A DNA stretch of 56,532 bases from Candidatus Nanohaloarchaea archaeon. Its GTDB lineage: Archaea; Nanohalarchaeota; Nanosalinia; Nanosalinales; Nanosalinaceae. How positions within the stretch are numbered: position 1 is the stretch's first letter; the number at the start of each line of letters is the position of its first letter. The notes under the pieces are model-generated. The model saw only the letters and a program-made list of their open reading frames with translations, did no database searches and was not told the origin of the DNA. The position numbers and the translations under genes were made by a program. The stretch spans positions 1 to 56,532 of the forward strand of contig JBDGRE010000006.1 in NCBI GenBank assembly GCA_042218325.1, in the 5' to 3' direction. This document shows positions 44,104 through 54,268 of the stretch, piece after piece.

Positions 44104-44673
44104 TCAAACCATCGCATCCAACATCTGCAGTCTTTCGCTGAAATCCCTGTCCGGCCTCTCGAAAGCTTCCCGCAGAACCCTTGTGCTTGGCGGGTATACC
44201 GTTATGTAGTCCTCCACAAGAGGTTCTGCTTTCCCTATCTCTTCCTCCAGCATGCCTTCTACGACGCTGGCGTCCCCGCGAATCATTCCGAACGCCTTCT
44301 CGAAATCGGTTATTATATCTGCGAAAACGTCCGGCGCTCTCGTGTTGGCGGAAACGGAGATATCATAGCAGTACTGTGAACCATCTTCCCTGCTCCGGGA
44401 CGCGTGGAGAAGAGACTCCATCTTCTCCAGGTCCGCCATCTCTTCGTCCGCGTATATATCGATGTCCTTGGATGCCCAGCTGTAATCCACACCGTGCCGG
44501 TCAGCCAGAACTTTCAGGCCACCGCTGCCGACCAGTACCCCTTCTAGCCTGAAGTTTTCTGGCTAAAGGGACGGAGAATCACACAGATAGAAACCTATGT
44601 CGCTGTTAGGACAGAAAGGGCTCGTTAAACGTTTTCCCTGTCGGTATGCGCCCTTTTCGAAGCTAAGGGCCAC
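44104..44673 (-). pseudogene. Nucleotidyltransferase-like gene with in-frame TAG (44563-44565)
   Basis: GVLVGSGGL...SKDIDIY motif begins upstream of the track start (44490); frame is open to GTG 44673 except for one TAG. Confidence 0.55.
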
Positions 44674-44715
44674 GCCAGTTTTTATCCATTAACAAATTTA
44701 ACCTTTACCCGATTT

Positions 44716-46095
44716 TTACTCGAAGCATTTCTGGACGTGTTTCCTGTAGTAGGATTCCATCTGGTACTCCTTGCCGCAGTACGGACATTCCAGCTTTTCC
44801 TCATCCTCTTCATCATCCGGGTCGCCGTGGTCGAGGTCGTCGTCGCGTTTGGCCTTCCGGAAGGCGTAGCTGACCGGGTTCGGCACCTTTTCCTCCAGGT
44901 TGTCGCCCTCGTACACCTGCATATCTTTGTAGTAGCCCTTCGCATCGTAGTTGGGTGGCGGGACGTCCTCGTCGCGTTTCTTGTGCCAGTTCAGCTGGGT
45001 CTTGACGTATGACTCCCTCAGCGCCTGCGCATTTTTTTCGTTCCACTCCCATATCTTTGACTCTATCTCCGGCCAGCTGTAACCGACGGTGCGGAAGAAG
45101 TTGATCAGGATGAACAGGCCGCGCTTCCGGCCGTCCTCGAGGCCTTCAAGTATGTTCTCGATGGTCGGCGGCCAGTGCTCCTCCGGTATCGCGTCCTCAG
45201 GCCGGTCGAAGTCGCGGTCCTTCCGCTGCTTCCGTTTCTCCCGCTTCTTCTGCTCGATGCGTTCCAGCCGCTCTACGGCTTTCCTGACAAGGTTCGAGGC
45301 CTCGTTCTCCTCGTAATTCTCAAGGAATCCCGTCTCGAAGTCGACCCTATCGAGCTCGGCCTGTTCTTTCTCGAAATCCTGTATCTCTTCCGGCTCTATC
45401 GGCAGTGCGACCAGCCAGCTGCCGTCGTGCAGCGAATACGGGAGCCGGAACAGGTGGCGCTGGCCCCAGTCGTTCTCGATGTCCGACACCTGGTACGGGT
45501 CCCACCCGGTGTCGACCTTCATCTCCTCCTCAAGGCCGTACTCACGCACTTTCTCCTTCATCTGCGACTCGAGCTGGTCACGGATGTAGTCGACGATGCC
45601 CCGGGCGAGCCTCGGGTAAAGCCTGGCGAGCGGCTCGTCTACCTCCGGAACCTTATCGGGGAAGGCCTCTGACCTGATACCGATGTGGAAGCCTCGATTA
45701 CCTGAAAACTTGACAGAGATGTTCCCGATGCCGTGCTGTCGCATTTCCTCAACGACGAGCTCGGCGGTATCCTTCGCGAGCTCGAAGCTGGCGTCGCAGT
45801 CGATGTCCATGACTAGGTCCCAGCCATCGCGCAGGTCATCGAGGTCTTCGACGTTGTCGATGAGCAGCGGGTTGCGCCATCGCTCGACCGAGGCGTGGAA
45901 CGCGACCGCACCGTCTTCGACCAGCTGGTGGAAGTCGCCCGGGAAGTTGATGGCGTCCGGCCGCTTGCCGTAGCCGCTGGGATACGTCGGCGCTATCTCC
46001 CTGTACTGGGATATCTCCACTACCTTCTCTATGAGCTCTTCCTGCTGGTAGTACTGCCTTATCTTCCAGTCCTGCGGTTTCTCCCTCTCCCCCAT
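44716..46095 (-). CDS. Fused PriS-PriL DNA primase with C-terminal zinc finger
   Basis: DLVMDID, FSGNRGFH, FRLPYSLH; PriL-CTD-like WPPTI..GRKRGLF; CPYCG..H..C. Confidence 0.88.
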   Translation of the reverse strand: MGEREKPQDWKIRQYYQQEELIEKVVEISQYREIAPTYPSGYGKRPDAINFPGDFHQLVEDGAVAFHASVERWRNPLLIDNVEDLDDLRDGWDLVMDIDCDASFELAKDTAELVVEEMRQHGIGNISVKFSGNRGFHIGIRSEAFPDKVPEVDEPLARLYPRLARGIVDYIRDQLESQMKEKVREYGLEEEMKVDTGWDPYQVSDIENDWGQRHLFRLPYSLHDGSWLVALPIEPEEIQDFEKEQAELDRVDFETGFLENYEENEASNLVRKAVERLERIEQKKREKRKQRKDRDFDRPEDAIPEEHWPPTIENILEGLEDGRKRGLFILINFFRTVGYSWPEIESKIWEWNEKNAQALRESYVKTQLNWHKKRDEDVPPPNYDAKGYYKDMQVYEGDNLEEKVPNPVSYAFRKAKRDDDLDHGDPDDEEDEEKLECPYCGKEYQMESYYRKHVQKCFE

Positions 46096-46133
46096 GAGGA
46101 GTTATTCCTGTGGAAAATCTAAAAGAAGGAGGG

Positions 46134-46865
46134 TTACCCGGTCAACGTTTCATAGAAATCCTGGAGATGCTTCGCGGCGGCCTCGCGGTCGCCCTGGTCA
46201 TGGCCTTTCCTCACCGCGTCGAAGTAGCTCTGCGTGGCCTCGCCGACGCTTCCGAGGCCAATTTTAGGAAACCTCAGCTTAAGAGACCTGTGTATGGCGT
46301 ACCATATCTCCTTCTCTTTCTGCGAGACCTCATCCGGGTCGAGTTCCTTCCCGTTTATGTCGCCGTGCGTCCGGTAGAAATCTGTCTCCGCCTGCCCTTA
46401 CTCCTCGGGGAGATGCCTGAAACCGTCCATACCTGTCTCACCGGCATCTATGGCGTCGCCCTCTTTCGCGGAGAAATACCTCACCAGGCCCCATTCCTCG
46501 CCCTCGAAAGCCCGGAAAAATTCCCAGCCCGGCAGTTCCAGCCCATCGTAAACGTTTCCACGGCCGTCCTCAGCGACATCGTGGGAGAGAGAGGCGAGCT
46601 TTCTCATGGCTGCGGCGTCGACGGGCTCGACTTCCGGCCGATCATGGACCGCGTCATTGACATCGGAAAAAGCCTGAAAGGCAGTGCCGTAATCTCGATT
46701 GTCGTGAGATTTCAGGGCGGAGATATGCCTTTTCGCCATCTCACCAGGTTCTTCTGGCGCATCAGGCTCGTAATCTGTATCAAGGCCAAAATAATCCGGG
46801 ACTTCGGATTCCTGTTCCAGTCCAAGGTCATCGAGAACCCTTCTGCCTGTTACCCTCTGCGCCAT
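46134..46865 (-). pseudogene. Orphan gene with internal TAA (46398-46400)
   Basis: Same frame stays open for 87 more codons after the TAA, ending at TAA 46134. Confidence 0.65.
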
Positions 46866-46871
46866 TAGGAG

Positions 46872-47624
46872 TCACTCTTCTTCTATCCTCGGCGCGAGCA
46901 CGAAGCTCAGGTTGGCTTTCTCCGGTACGACGAACTCCATCCTCATCGGGAAGTCATCGCCCAGCTTGATAGCTACGTTGTCGGACAGCTTCTTGGCGCC
47001 GACCATGTTGTCGAGGTAGTCCAGGCTGAACATGGAGTCTGCCTCACCGCCTTCCAGTTCCAGGATGCCCTCCGCGTCGCTGTCGATATGGAAGCTGACG
47101 TTGCTCTGGTCTCCCTCGGATACGATGTCGATGCCGTCCTCGTTCGCGGAGATCCTCACCGAGTCTCCGACTACCATAGCGTCCTTGATAGCGTCCTCAA
47201 GAACCGTTGTTTCCAGCTCACCGTTGACGGAGAACTCCAGATTCTGCGTATCAGGTATGTCGTCCTCTGAAAGGTTCAGGACGGGAAGGGAGAAGTCTCT
47301 GGTGGAGGTGTTCTCCATCTTGATATAGAACTTGGAGCTGTCCTCCTCCATGCTGAGAACTATAGTATCGTTTGAGTTCGCCCTTCGGAGAATCGAGTAA
47401 AAGTTTTCAAGATTAAGTCCTACCGTGGTCTCCTCCTCCAGTTCATAGCTTTCGAAAACGTCTTCCTCGAGCTTGAAGTCGACGAGCGCGACCATCGCCG
47501 GGTCCGCTGCGACCAGTTCGATACCGTCTTCCGTCAGCTGGAACAGACCCTCAGATATCAGGTCTGAAATGGTTTTCATCGAATCCTGAAGAAGTCCTAC
47601 ATCCTCTAGTTCAGCCTTGAACAC
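46872..47624 (-). CDS. pcn: PCNA sliding clamp
   Basis: DPAMVALV, FSLDYL, DFPM, LAPRIE. Confidence 0.95.
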   Translation of the reverse strand: MFKAELEDVGLLQDSMKTISDLISEGLFQLTEDGIELVAADPAMVALVDFKLEEDVFESYELEEETTVGLNLENFYSILRRANSNDTIVLSMEEDSSKFYIKMENTSTRDFSLPVLNLSEDDIPDTQNLEFSVNGELETTVLEDAIKDAMVVGDSVRISANEDGIDIVSEGDQSNVSFHIDSDAEGILELEGGEADSMFSLDYLDNMVGAKKLSDNVAIKLGDDFPMRMEFVVPEKANLSFVLAPRIEEE

Positions 47625-47638
47625 TCCCTTCCACCTTG

Positions 47639-47968
47639 TTATTCTGAAGTGTTAACAACTTTTTTAACCCTGTCGTGGAGTTCCGGGTCGACATCACTGA
47701 AGTCCTGGACTACCTCGCCCTGTATCTCGAACGAGTCAGGTGTCGGCAGCACTCTACCTATGACGCGGACGCGCTGGTTTTCATCGACCTCGTCGAGCTG
47801 GTCATCGTCGAGAAACACTTCCACCGTCCCGGTGCCGTCGTCCACTGCTACCGAGCTGTCTTCCCTTGTTATTACTGTCCCGACCACGCGGACACGTATA
47901 TCGTCCCTCGGATCTATATCTTCGATATCTTTTGGTATCCCTGGTGCTCTTCTCTGGTTCTCTGGCAT
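47639..47968 (-). CDS. Small OB-fold protein (RPA small subunit-like)
   Basis: VRVVGTV, VDDGTG, VRVIGR; start MPENQRR. Confidence 0.8.
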   Translation of the reverse strand: MPENQRRAPGIPKDIEDIDPRDDIRVRVVGTVITREDSSVAVDDGTGTVEVFLDDDQLDEVDENQRVRVIGRVLPTPDSFEIQGEVVQDFSDVDPELHDRVKKVVNTSE

Positions 47969-48048
47969 GTGAACTCCAGGGGTTCTAACTGTTTTAACTG
48001 TGTCGCCACTGTGAGGGTTTGAAATACAGGCAGCGGCAAACTTCAGGT

Positions 48049-48642
48049 ATGGATATCCTCGGCAAGGAGGGTGAACAGGCCCGGGACGCAGTCCAGAACG
48101 TTTCACACCGGGTGGAGAAACTGGAGTCCCACCTGGATGCGCTGGATTCCGCCCTACAGGACTTCATGGACCACTCACAGGACCTGCTGCAGCAGGAGTA
48201 CGGCATGGAGGAGCAGGAACTCGAGCAGATAGAGAGTATCGTGGAGCGCACCGATGAGGAGCGAGAGGACATCAACGAACTGGGCGAGCGTATCGAGGAC
48301 CTGGAACACGACCATCGGAAGCTGGAGCGGAAGATGGATAACTTGGTTGACAGCGAGATAATAGGAGCTATCTCCCACGTTACTGACACAGTGGACAAGA
48401 TGAACCGGGCCACCTCGCGGCTGAGAAGAGACCTGACCGAGCTGGAACAGAGGGTGGACGAAATCGAGAACGACGTTATACTGGAGCTGAACAAGCGGGA
48501 GTACGACTTTGAGCAGAAGCTGGACCGCAGCGAGTTCGAATCCGAGAAGGTCGAGATGATGGACGAGATACGCAAGCTCCGGGCCTCGGTCAACGTGCTC
48601 GCCGACGAGCTCGACAAGAAGGACGAGATAGAGGTCGAGTAG
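48049..48642 (+). CDS. Coiled-coil protein
   Basis: Continuous heptad pattern; start MDILGKE. Confidence 0.75.
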   Translation: MDILGKEGEQARDAVQNVSHRVEKLESHLDALDSALQDFMDHSQDLLQQEYGMEEQELEQIESIVERTDEEREDINELGERIEDLEHDHRKLERKMDNLVDSEIIGAISHVTDTVDKMNRATSRLRRDLTELEQRVDEIENDVILELNKREYDFEQKLDRSEFESEKVEMMDEIRKLRASVNVLADELDKKDEIEVE

Positions 48643-48651
48643 CGATGATAG

Positions 48652-48908
48652 CTAAAATTCAGCAAGTTTCAGCCTGTAAAAATCCGGGCCGCCGAACATC
48701 TCAGCCCTGTACAGATCCGGGTTTGCCGGGCTTCGAAAATTGTTTACCAGGTTCTTTTTAGCAGCATAAACGAGGCTCTCCAGTACGCCTTGTCAGCGTA
48801 TTCTTTCGAACCCGATATCTCTACCTCGCCCTCGTCCTTGAGCTGTTCCATGACTTCGTTCACGAAAACCCCTGGATCCCTGAATTCACCGGTCTCCAGT
48901 ATCTTCAT
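48652..48908 (-). pseudogene. Probable frameshifted orphan gene
   Basis: MKILETGEF...EYADK continues plausibly in another frame as VLESLVYAAKK...LKLAEF*. Confidence 0.45.
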
Positions 48909-48911
48909 AGT

Positions 48912-49247
48912 TCAGTCGTATTCCTTGTGGACGTTGCCGCATTCCTTGCACTCGTAGAACCGCGTCGGGGGCTCGTCGCTGGAACGCGTCTGCTCCATCC
49001 ACCACTCATGCTCGGTTTCTTTACCGCATGACGGGCACTCCTTCTCAGTCACGGGCCGGGTCGAGGAGTCGTCGTCACTGGAAGAGACGTTGAGGCGGTC
49101 CATCGGGTCCTCTTCCTTCTCCTCTGTTACCGTGTAGTCGCCGTCACCCGCGTCCTGTACGTGGCCGCAGTTGCGGCATTTCATTACTGTGTCTCCGTTT
49201 TTCTTCTCAGATACGAGCATCCCTCCGCATTCGTCGCAGAATTCCAT
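48912..49247 (-). CDS. tfs: Transcription factor S
   Basis: FCDECG..C..C; QTRSSDEP.TRFY.C..CG. Confidence 0.93.
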   Translation of the reverse strand: MEFCDECGGMLVSEKKNGDTVMKCRNCGHVQDAGDGDYTVTEEKEEDPMDRLNVSSSDDDSSTRPVTEKECPSCGKETEHEWWMEQTRSSDEPPTRFYECKECGNVHKEYD

Positions 49248-49273
49248 ACTTCCTCACGTTACCAGTCTTACAT

Positions 49274-49807
49274 TTAAAAGGGTTCCCCCCACTTCTGGCT
49301 CAGTGGAACCCTGACTCTGCAGGCGGGATAGCTATCGATAACTACAGGCGCATCTTGAGGCCCGGTGAGACCTGTCAAATCCATAGCCAGCAGTTTCAGC
49401 CCACCGATCCTCGGTATCTTGAACACCACCTTTCCCCGCACCTGGCCCGGCTCCACGTGTTTCTCGAAGTCGAGCTGCGACGGGTTGTTGTCGCCCTTGG
49501 TCTCGAGGTAGCTGTCGTGCTTCCTTATGACGCGGTGCACCACCGGTATATCCATCTCGGGCGTGGAGTAGACTATCACGTCGCCCTCCTCGATATCCTC
49601 GAAGCTGGTCCCCTGGACTATCAGTACGTCGCCGACATGCAGCTCCGGGTACATGGAGCAGGAAACCACGGACACGACCGGTTTGTCGGTCTGGAGAACA
49701 GTCCCCGTGAACTGGAGCGTGCCGAAGGCCAGTATCAACGCGACCGCGAAGAAGTAGAACTCGTCGAAGCTTCTCGACTGCTTCAGCTTTTCCCAACGCC
49801 CGCGCAT
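49274..49807 (-). CDS. Signal peptidase I (Sec11 type)
   Basis: VVSCSMYP, VVHRV, TKGDNN. Confidence 0.92.
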   Translation of the reverse strand: MRGRWEKLKQSRSFDEFYFFAVALILAFGTLQFTGTVLQTDKPVVSVVSCSMYPELHVGDVLIVQGTSFEDIEEGDVIVYSTPEMDIPVVHRVIRKHDSYLETKGDNNPSQLDFEKHVEPGQVRGKVVFKIPRIGGLKLLAMDLTGLTGPQDAPVVIDSYPACRVRVPLSQKWGEPF

Positions 49808-49816
49808 GTGCCAGGT

Positions 49817-50377
49817 TTACCTGTCTTCTTTTTCAATACACACGCCGGAGCGGCCTATCATGTGTGCGACGCGGATCGGCTCCGGCACCTGGCCGTGGAT
49901 GATGGAGTTCCGGACGATCTGCTCCGCTTTTTCCCGGGACGCCCCGGAGTACTGGATGTAGCAGCTTCCGTCCTCGAGCATGACTTCTTCCGCGTCCGCG
50001 AACTCGTCGAAAACCTCGTCGACGTTACCGGTGCGTTCCATCGTATCCCGGAAATCCTCCCGGTCAGGTTCGTTCGCAGTCACCGCCACGACCGGCCTGT
50101 CTATCTCCTCCGAGAACCTGTGGAAGTCGACGATGTTGAAACCCGCAAAACTGACTCCGTCGAGCAGCACCGCCTTTATCTGCCGCGGATTGTTGCAGTT
50201 CCTGAAAAGCTGTATGACCCGTTCGGTCGCGTCCTCGCCGTCGACGGCCACCGGTACCGTTTCTATATCCTCTATGAACTCCGTGCCGCGGTACACAACC
50301 CCTGTCAGGAAAGTTTCCTCTTCGTCGAACTCGAACGCCGCATCGTCTATGCCAAGTATCCTGATGCCTTCCTTCAT
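49817..50377 (-). CDS. DUF99 family (endonuclease V-like)
   Basis: ILGIDD, VDGEDAT, FAGFNIVD, PEPIRVAH. Confidence 0.88.
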   Translation of the reverse strand: MKEGIRILGIDDAAFEFDEEETFLTGVVYRGTEFIEDIETVPVAVDGEDATERVIQLFRNCNNPRQIKAVLLDGVSFAGFNIVDFHRFSEEIDRPVVAVTANEPDREDFRDTMERTGNVDEVFDEFADAEEVMLEDGSCYIQYSGASREKAEQIVRNSIIHGQVPEPIRVAHMIGRSGVCIEKEDR

Positions 50378-50402
50378 GCTTTAGAAGTAGGGCTCCAGAA
50401 AT

Positions 50403-50645
50403 TTACAGCTGGTCCTCGATTTCTTCCATCCACTCCCGCGCAGTCTCCACCGCATCCTCGAGCGTGGATTCCAGTTCGTCGCCCTCGATGATGAGAGTAG
50501 ATTCGTCCCCGAGCGGGTGGCCCTTGTCGTACGCGGCCTCTCCGCCGTTCTCCCAGACAGCCTTGCGGATGAGGTTGCCAAGGGTGTGGTTCTGTTTGAC
50601 GTCTACCATCAGGCGGTCGTCTTTCTCGATAGTTTCAAGCTCCAT
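50403..50645 (-). CDS. rpoL: RNA polymerase subunit L (Rpo11)
   Basis: HTLGNLIR, AAY...HPL. Confidence 0.9.
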   Translation of the reverse strand: MELETIEKDDRLMVDVKQNHTLGNLIRKAVWENGGEAAYDKGHPLGDESTLIIEGDELESTLEDAVETAREWMEEIEDQL

Positions 50646-50646
50646 T

Positions 50647-51240
50647 TTATCTCCTCTCTGTCACGATGAGTCTTATATCGGTCTCCCGCACCTCCTCGGT
50701 GTGGAAACCGTAGCTGGACTCGAGGCCTATACTGTAGTCCTCGGCTCCCAGCAGTTTATGACCATGTTCCCGGGCGAATTCTTTTATACTGTCGTCCCGG
50801 GGCCCGAGCGCGTACACCGCGTCCGCCACAGAGAACGCGGCCCGGTAGAACTCTTCCAGCAGCTCGCTGTGAACCGAGAACGGAGGATTCATCATGCAGG
50901 TGTCGTAGTCGCCGGTAAATTCTTCAACGTCTTTCTGTACAAAATCTATTAGCTCTTGCACGCCGGCATCCCGCGCGTTCTCACGTGCGACCTCCAGCGC
51001 CTCGCTGTCCTTCTCCACCGCGACAACCTTTTCTGCGCCGGCGAGCGCAGCTCCTATCGCGAGTATGCCTGTCCCTGTGCCGAGGTCGACCACCTGCTTT
51101 CCCTCGATGTCGCCCTGCATGTAGGCCGCGTGTATCATGTCGGCAGCTAACTGGGGTGGTGTCGGGTACTGCTCCAGCTGTATCTTCGGGCTGTCGAAGC
51201 CTTCGAGCCGGGACAGCTTCTGGGCGAGTTCTGTTTTCAC
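50647..51240 (-). CDS. METTL5-like SAM-dependent methyltransferase
   Basis: LEQYPTP, DLGTGTGIL, MNPPF; GTG start at 51240. Confidence 0.9.
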   Translation of the reverse strand: MKTELAQKLSRLEGFDSPKIQLEQYPTPPQLAADMIHAAYMQGDIEGKQVVDLGTGTGILAIGAALAGAEKVVAVEKDSEALEVARENARDAGVQELIDFVQKDVEEFTGDYDTCMMNPPFSVHSELLEEFYRAAFSVADAVYALGPRDDSIKEFAREHGHKLLGAEDYSIGLESSYGFHTEEVRETDIRLIVTERR

Positions 51241-51292
51241 GTCTTGACCGGCCAGGTCAGGGATATAAGATTTGCGGTTTATGCCCCGTGGC

Positions 51293-52921
51293 ATGCCCGA
51301 GAGAGAAGACCTGGAGGAGCTTTCCAGGGAGGAACTTGTCGAAAGGATACAGGAGCAGGAGAAGCAGAACGTGGTGTTCTTCGAGCCGCAGCGCGAGATA
51401 GTAGTTTCCTCGCCGAGCGAGGAGACGCTGAACGAGCTTTCGGAAATCGCACACATGGAGACCTCCTCCGGCGAGCACTACAAGTTCGAGGTCCGGGACA
51501 TGGATATCTGGAACTCCGACCTCTCGCTGGAGGAGATGAGGGAGAAGTACACCCGCATCCTCGGCTCCCACCCGCGTTTCCTTGAATGGGTGGACCGGAC
51601 CTACGAGAAGCAGGAGATGTTCTCCATCGAGCACGAGGGCACCTACCACTCGCTGGTCGCCAGCGACCCGGAGAGGATGGAGTGGGCCCGTTCTATCGAC
51701 GACGTAAGAGAAAACCTTTCCGTGGACCTGACAGATACCAAGTCCCGGATAGCGATGGGCGCCAAGTCGCGGGCGAAGATAAAGGAGGCGCTGCTGAAGA
51801 AAGGCTACCCTGTAGAAGACAACTCGAAGTTCAGAGAAAGCGAGGAGAAGATCGGCGCGGACCTGAAGATCGACCTGCGCGACTACCAGCAGGAGTACGT
51901 GCAGCGTGCATACGACGAGAAGGCCGCGGTGCTCGCGAACCCCGCGGGTTCAGGTAAAACCGTTACTTCCATCGGCCTGATGTGCGAGATAGACGGGCCT
52001 ACGCTCGTGCTCGTCCCGCAGCGGTCGCTCGTGGAGCAGTGGAAAAGAGAGATACTTGACAAAACTACAGTTACGGAGGACCAGATAGGAGAGTTCCACG
52101 GCGGCGAGAAGGACATGAACGACGTTACCATCGCGACCTACCACATCGCGGGAGAGAAGACTTCGCTTTTCAGGAAGGACTGGGGCCTGATAATCTTCGA
52201 CGAGGTGCACCACATCCCGTCCAAGCTTTTCCGCAAGACTGCGTCGCTACAGTCCACGCGCCGTATAGGGCTCTCCGCGTCACCGGTGCGTGAGGACTCC
52301 AAGGAGAAGGAGATATTCGCGCTGATAGGCCGGGAGATAGGCGGCGACTGGGCCAGGTTCTTCAGGGACGAGTTCGTGCTGAAGCCTGATGTCCGGATAC
52401 AGTTCTCGGAGTGGGAGAGCGACCACTACCGGCACAAGTACAACGAGGCCTCCGGCATCAAGAAGGCCATAATAGCGTCGAAGAACCCTGCAAAGAAGCA
52501 GAAGCTGGAGAAGCTGCTTGACGAGCACCGCGACGACAAGACCATAATATTCTGCGACTGGATAGAGCAGGGAGAGGACCTGGAAAGCGAGTTCGATGTG
52601 CCTTTCGTCTCCGGGGAGACAGACTTCGATGAACGGGAGGAATACTTCGAGAAGTTCCGCAACGACGAGATGAACACGATAATCGTGTCGCGCATCGGCG
52701 ACGAGGGCCTCGACCTTCCGGATGCGGAGGTCGGTATCATCATGTCAGGCCAGGGTGGCTCCAGGAGGCAGGCCACGCAGCGCGCGGGCCGGGTAATGCG
52801 GCCGTTCGGCGACGCCCAGGTCTACCTCATCGCGACCAAAGGCTCGAACGAGGAGGACTTTGTGAAGCAGCAGGTCGAGCTACTCAAAGAGAAGGGTGTG
52901 CCGGTGACGGTCGAGGGATGA
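51293..52921 (+). CDS. xpb: XPB/Rad25-like SF2 helicase
   Basis: LRDYQ, GSGKT, DEVHH, GLSASP.RED, QRAGRVMR. Confidence 0.88.
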   Translation: MPEREDLEELSREELVERIQEQEKQNVVFFEPQREIVVSSPSEETLNELSEIAHMETSSGEHYKFEVRDMDIWNSDLSLEEMREKYTRILGSHPRFLEWVDRTYEKQEMFSIEHEGTYHSLVASDPERMEWARSIDDVRENLSVDLTDTKSRIAMGAKSRAKIKEALLKKGYPVEDNSKFRESEEKIGADLKIDLRDYQQEYVQRAYDEKAAVLANPAGSGKTVTSIGLMCEIDGPTLVLVPQRSLVEQWKREILDKTTVTEDQIGEFHGGEKDMNDVTIATYHIAGEKTSLFRKDWGLIIFDEVHHIPSKLFRKTASLQSTRRIGLSASPVREDSKEKEIFALIGREIGGDWARFFRDEFVLKPDVRIQFSEWESDHYRHKYNEASGIKKAIIASKNPAKKQKLEKLLDEHRDDKTIIFCDWIEQGEDLESEFDVPFVSGETDFDEREEYFEKFRNDEMNTIIVSRIGDEGLDLPDAEVGIIMSGQGGSRRQATQRAGRVMRPFGDAQVYLIATKGSNEEDFVKQQVELLKEKGVPVTVEG

Positions 52922-53251
52922 AGTCGGGAGATGTAGACAGGAACTCGGAGACGAGAACCGTCGAGGGCGTGGAGCTCGAGAACTGGAAGACTCTCGGCGA
53001 ATTCTACGACGACATAGCGGACGAGGTCTACCAGGGCCCCGCACAGGAGAGATAGCTACAGTGTTTCCGTGGACGGAGAAGAAGTGCTGGCGGTCAGGGA
53101 CGCGGATACGGTCAAGTTGATGGGCGCGCCTGGTATACTGGACAGCTCGGAAAATATACTGGACTCCCGGCACCCCGGGCTGGCATACCAGTGGGAGACG
53201 ACCAGTTACAGGGCCCGGAACGCCCTTGATGAGTTCAGCGACCTTTTCTAG
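52918..53251 (+). pseudogene. Probable frameshifted orphan gene
   Basis: ATGA-coupled ORF MKSGDVD...GPAQER* (TAG 53053-53055); +1 frame DSYSVSVDGEEV.. continues to 53251; shift lies in a GAGAGA run. Confidence 0.5.
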
Positions 53252-53287
53252 ACAGGGTTGAAAAATGCTGCGGCCGCTTCTTTACAC

Positions 53288-54268
53288 ATGCCGCTTATAG
53301 AGGCTAAGAACCTGTCGAAGACGTTCCGCGTCTACCAGCGCGGGGAAGGGATCTCCGGCTACCTGAAGTCGTTCGTCTCAAGGGAGTACAGCGAGGTCGA
53401 CGCGGTGAAGGACCTCGACCTGGAGATCGAGAAAGGCGAGATGATAGGCTACATCGGTGGGAACGGCGCCGGGAAGTCCACCACGGTAAAGATGCTGACA
53501 GGTATACTCGAACCTACCTCCGGGCGTATAGAGGTCGACGGCCGGGACCCGCACCGGCAGCGGAAGAAGAACGCGATGAACATCGGAGTGGTGTTCGGCC
53601 AGAAGACGCAGCTCTGGTGGGACCTGCCTGTGAGAGACAGCTTCCGGCTGCTGAAGGAGATATACGAGGTCGAAGAGCAGGATTACGATGAAAGAGTGGA
53701 GGAGTTCAACCAGGTGCTGGACCTGGACGAGTTCTGGGAGCAGCCGGTCAGGAAGCTGTCGCTCGGCCAGAAGATGCGTGCAGAACTCGCCGCGGCATTC
53801 CTACATCATCCGAAGATAGTCTACCTCGACGAGCCGACTATAGGGCTTGACGTGGCGGTGAAGGAGAAGATACGGGACTTCATACGGAAGATGAACCAGG
53901 AGAAGGACATCACCGTGATGCTGACGACGCACGATCTGGATGATATCGAGGATCTCTGCGACCGCATTGTGGTACTGGACTCTGGCGAGAAGATATACGA
54001 CGGCGAGCTCGACGCTCTGGTAAACCGTTTCACCTCACGCCGGCTGATACTCGACCTGCGAGCCGGCCAGGGGTTCGAGCTCGAGCTGGAAGGTATCGAG
54101 GAAGTCAAGAAGGATAACGGCGAGACAGAGATAGTTTTCAACCGCGAGGAGATATCCGCGTCCGACCTGATGAGAGAGGTCCTGGACCGGTATGACGTGG
54201 CGGATTTCAGGATAAAGGAGCCGGACGTAGAGTCAGTCGTGAAGAAGGTGTACAGCGAGGGTCTCTGA
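53288..54268 (+). CDS. ABC transporter ATP-binding protein
   Basis: GGNGAGKSTT, LSLGQ, LDEPTIGLD. Confidence 0.93.
   Translation: MPLIEAKNLSKTFRVYQRGEGISGYLKSFVSREYSEVDAVKDLDLEIEKGEMIGYIGGNGAGKSTTVKMLTGILEPTSGRIEVDGRDPHRQRKKNAMNIGVVFGQKTQLWWDLPVRDSFRLLKEIYEVEEQDYDERVEEFNQVLDLDEFWEQPVRKLSLGQKMRAELAAAFLHHPKIVYLDEPTIGLDVAVKEKIRDFIRKMNQEKDITVMLTTHDLDDIEDLCDRIVVLDSGEKIYDGELDALVNRFTSRRLILDLRAGQGFELELEGIEEVKKDNGETEIVFNREEISASDLMREVLDRYDVADFRIKEPDVESVVKKVYSEGL

Noticed and set aside
44500-44680. Possible 5S, SRP or RNase P RNA
   Set aside because: Lacks the conserved motifs of those RNAs; better explained as the 5' part of the interrupted gene.
553-46400. Genome-wide stop-codon recoding (pyrrolysine-like) linking the extra LysRS to the in-frame stops
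   Set aside because: lysS, sufU, sufB, rpoK and infB end normally at TAG; two of the internal stops are TAA; no pyl genes or suppressor tRNA are seen.
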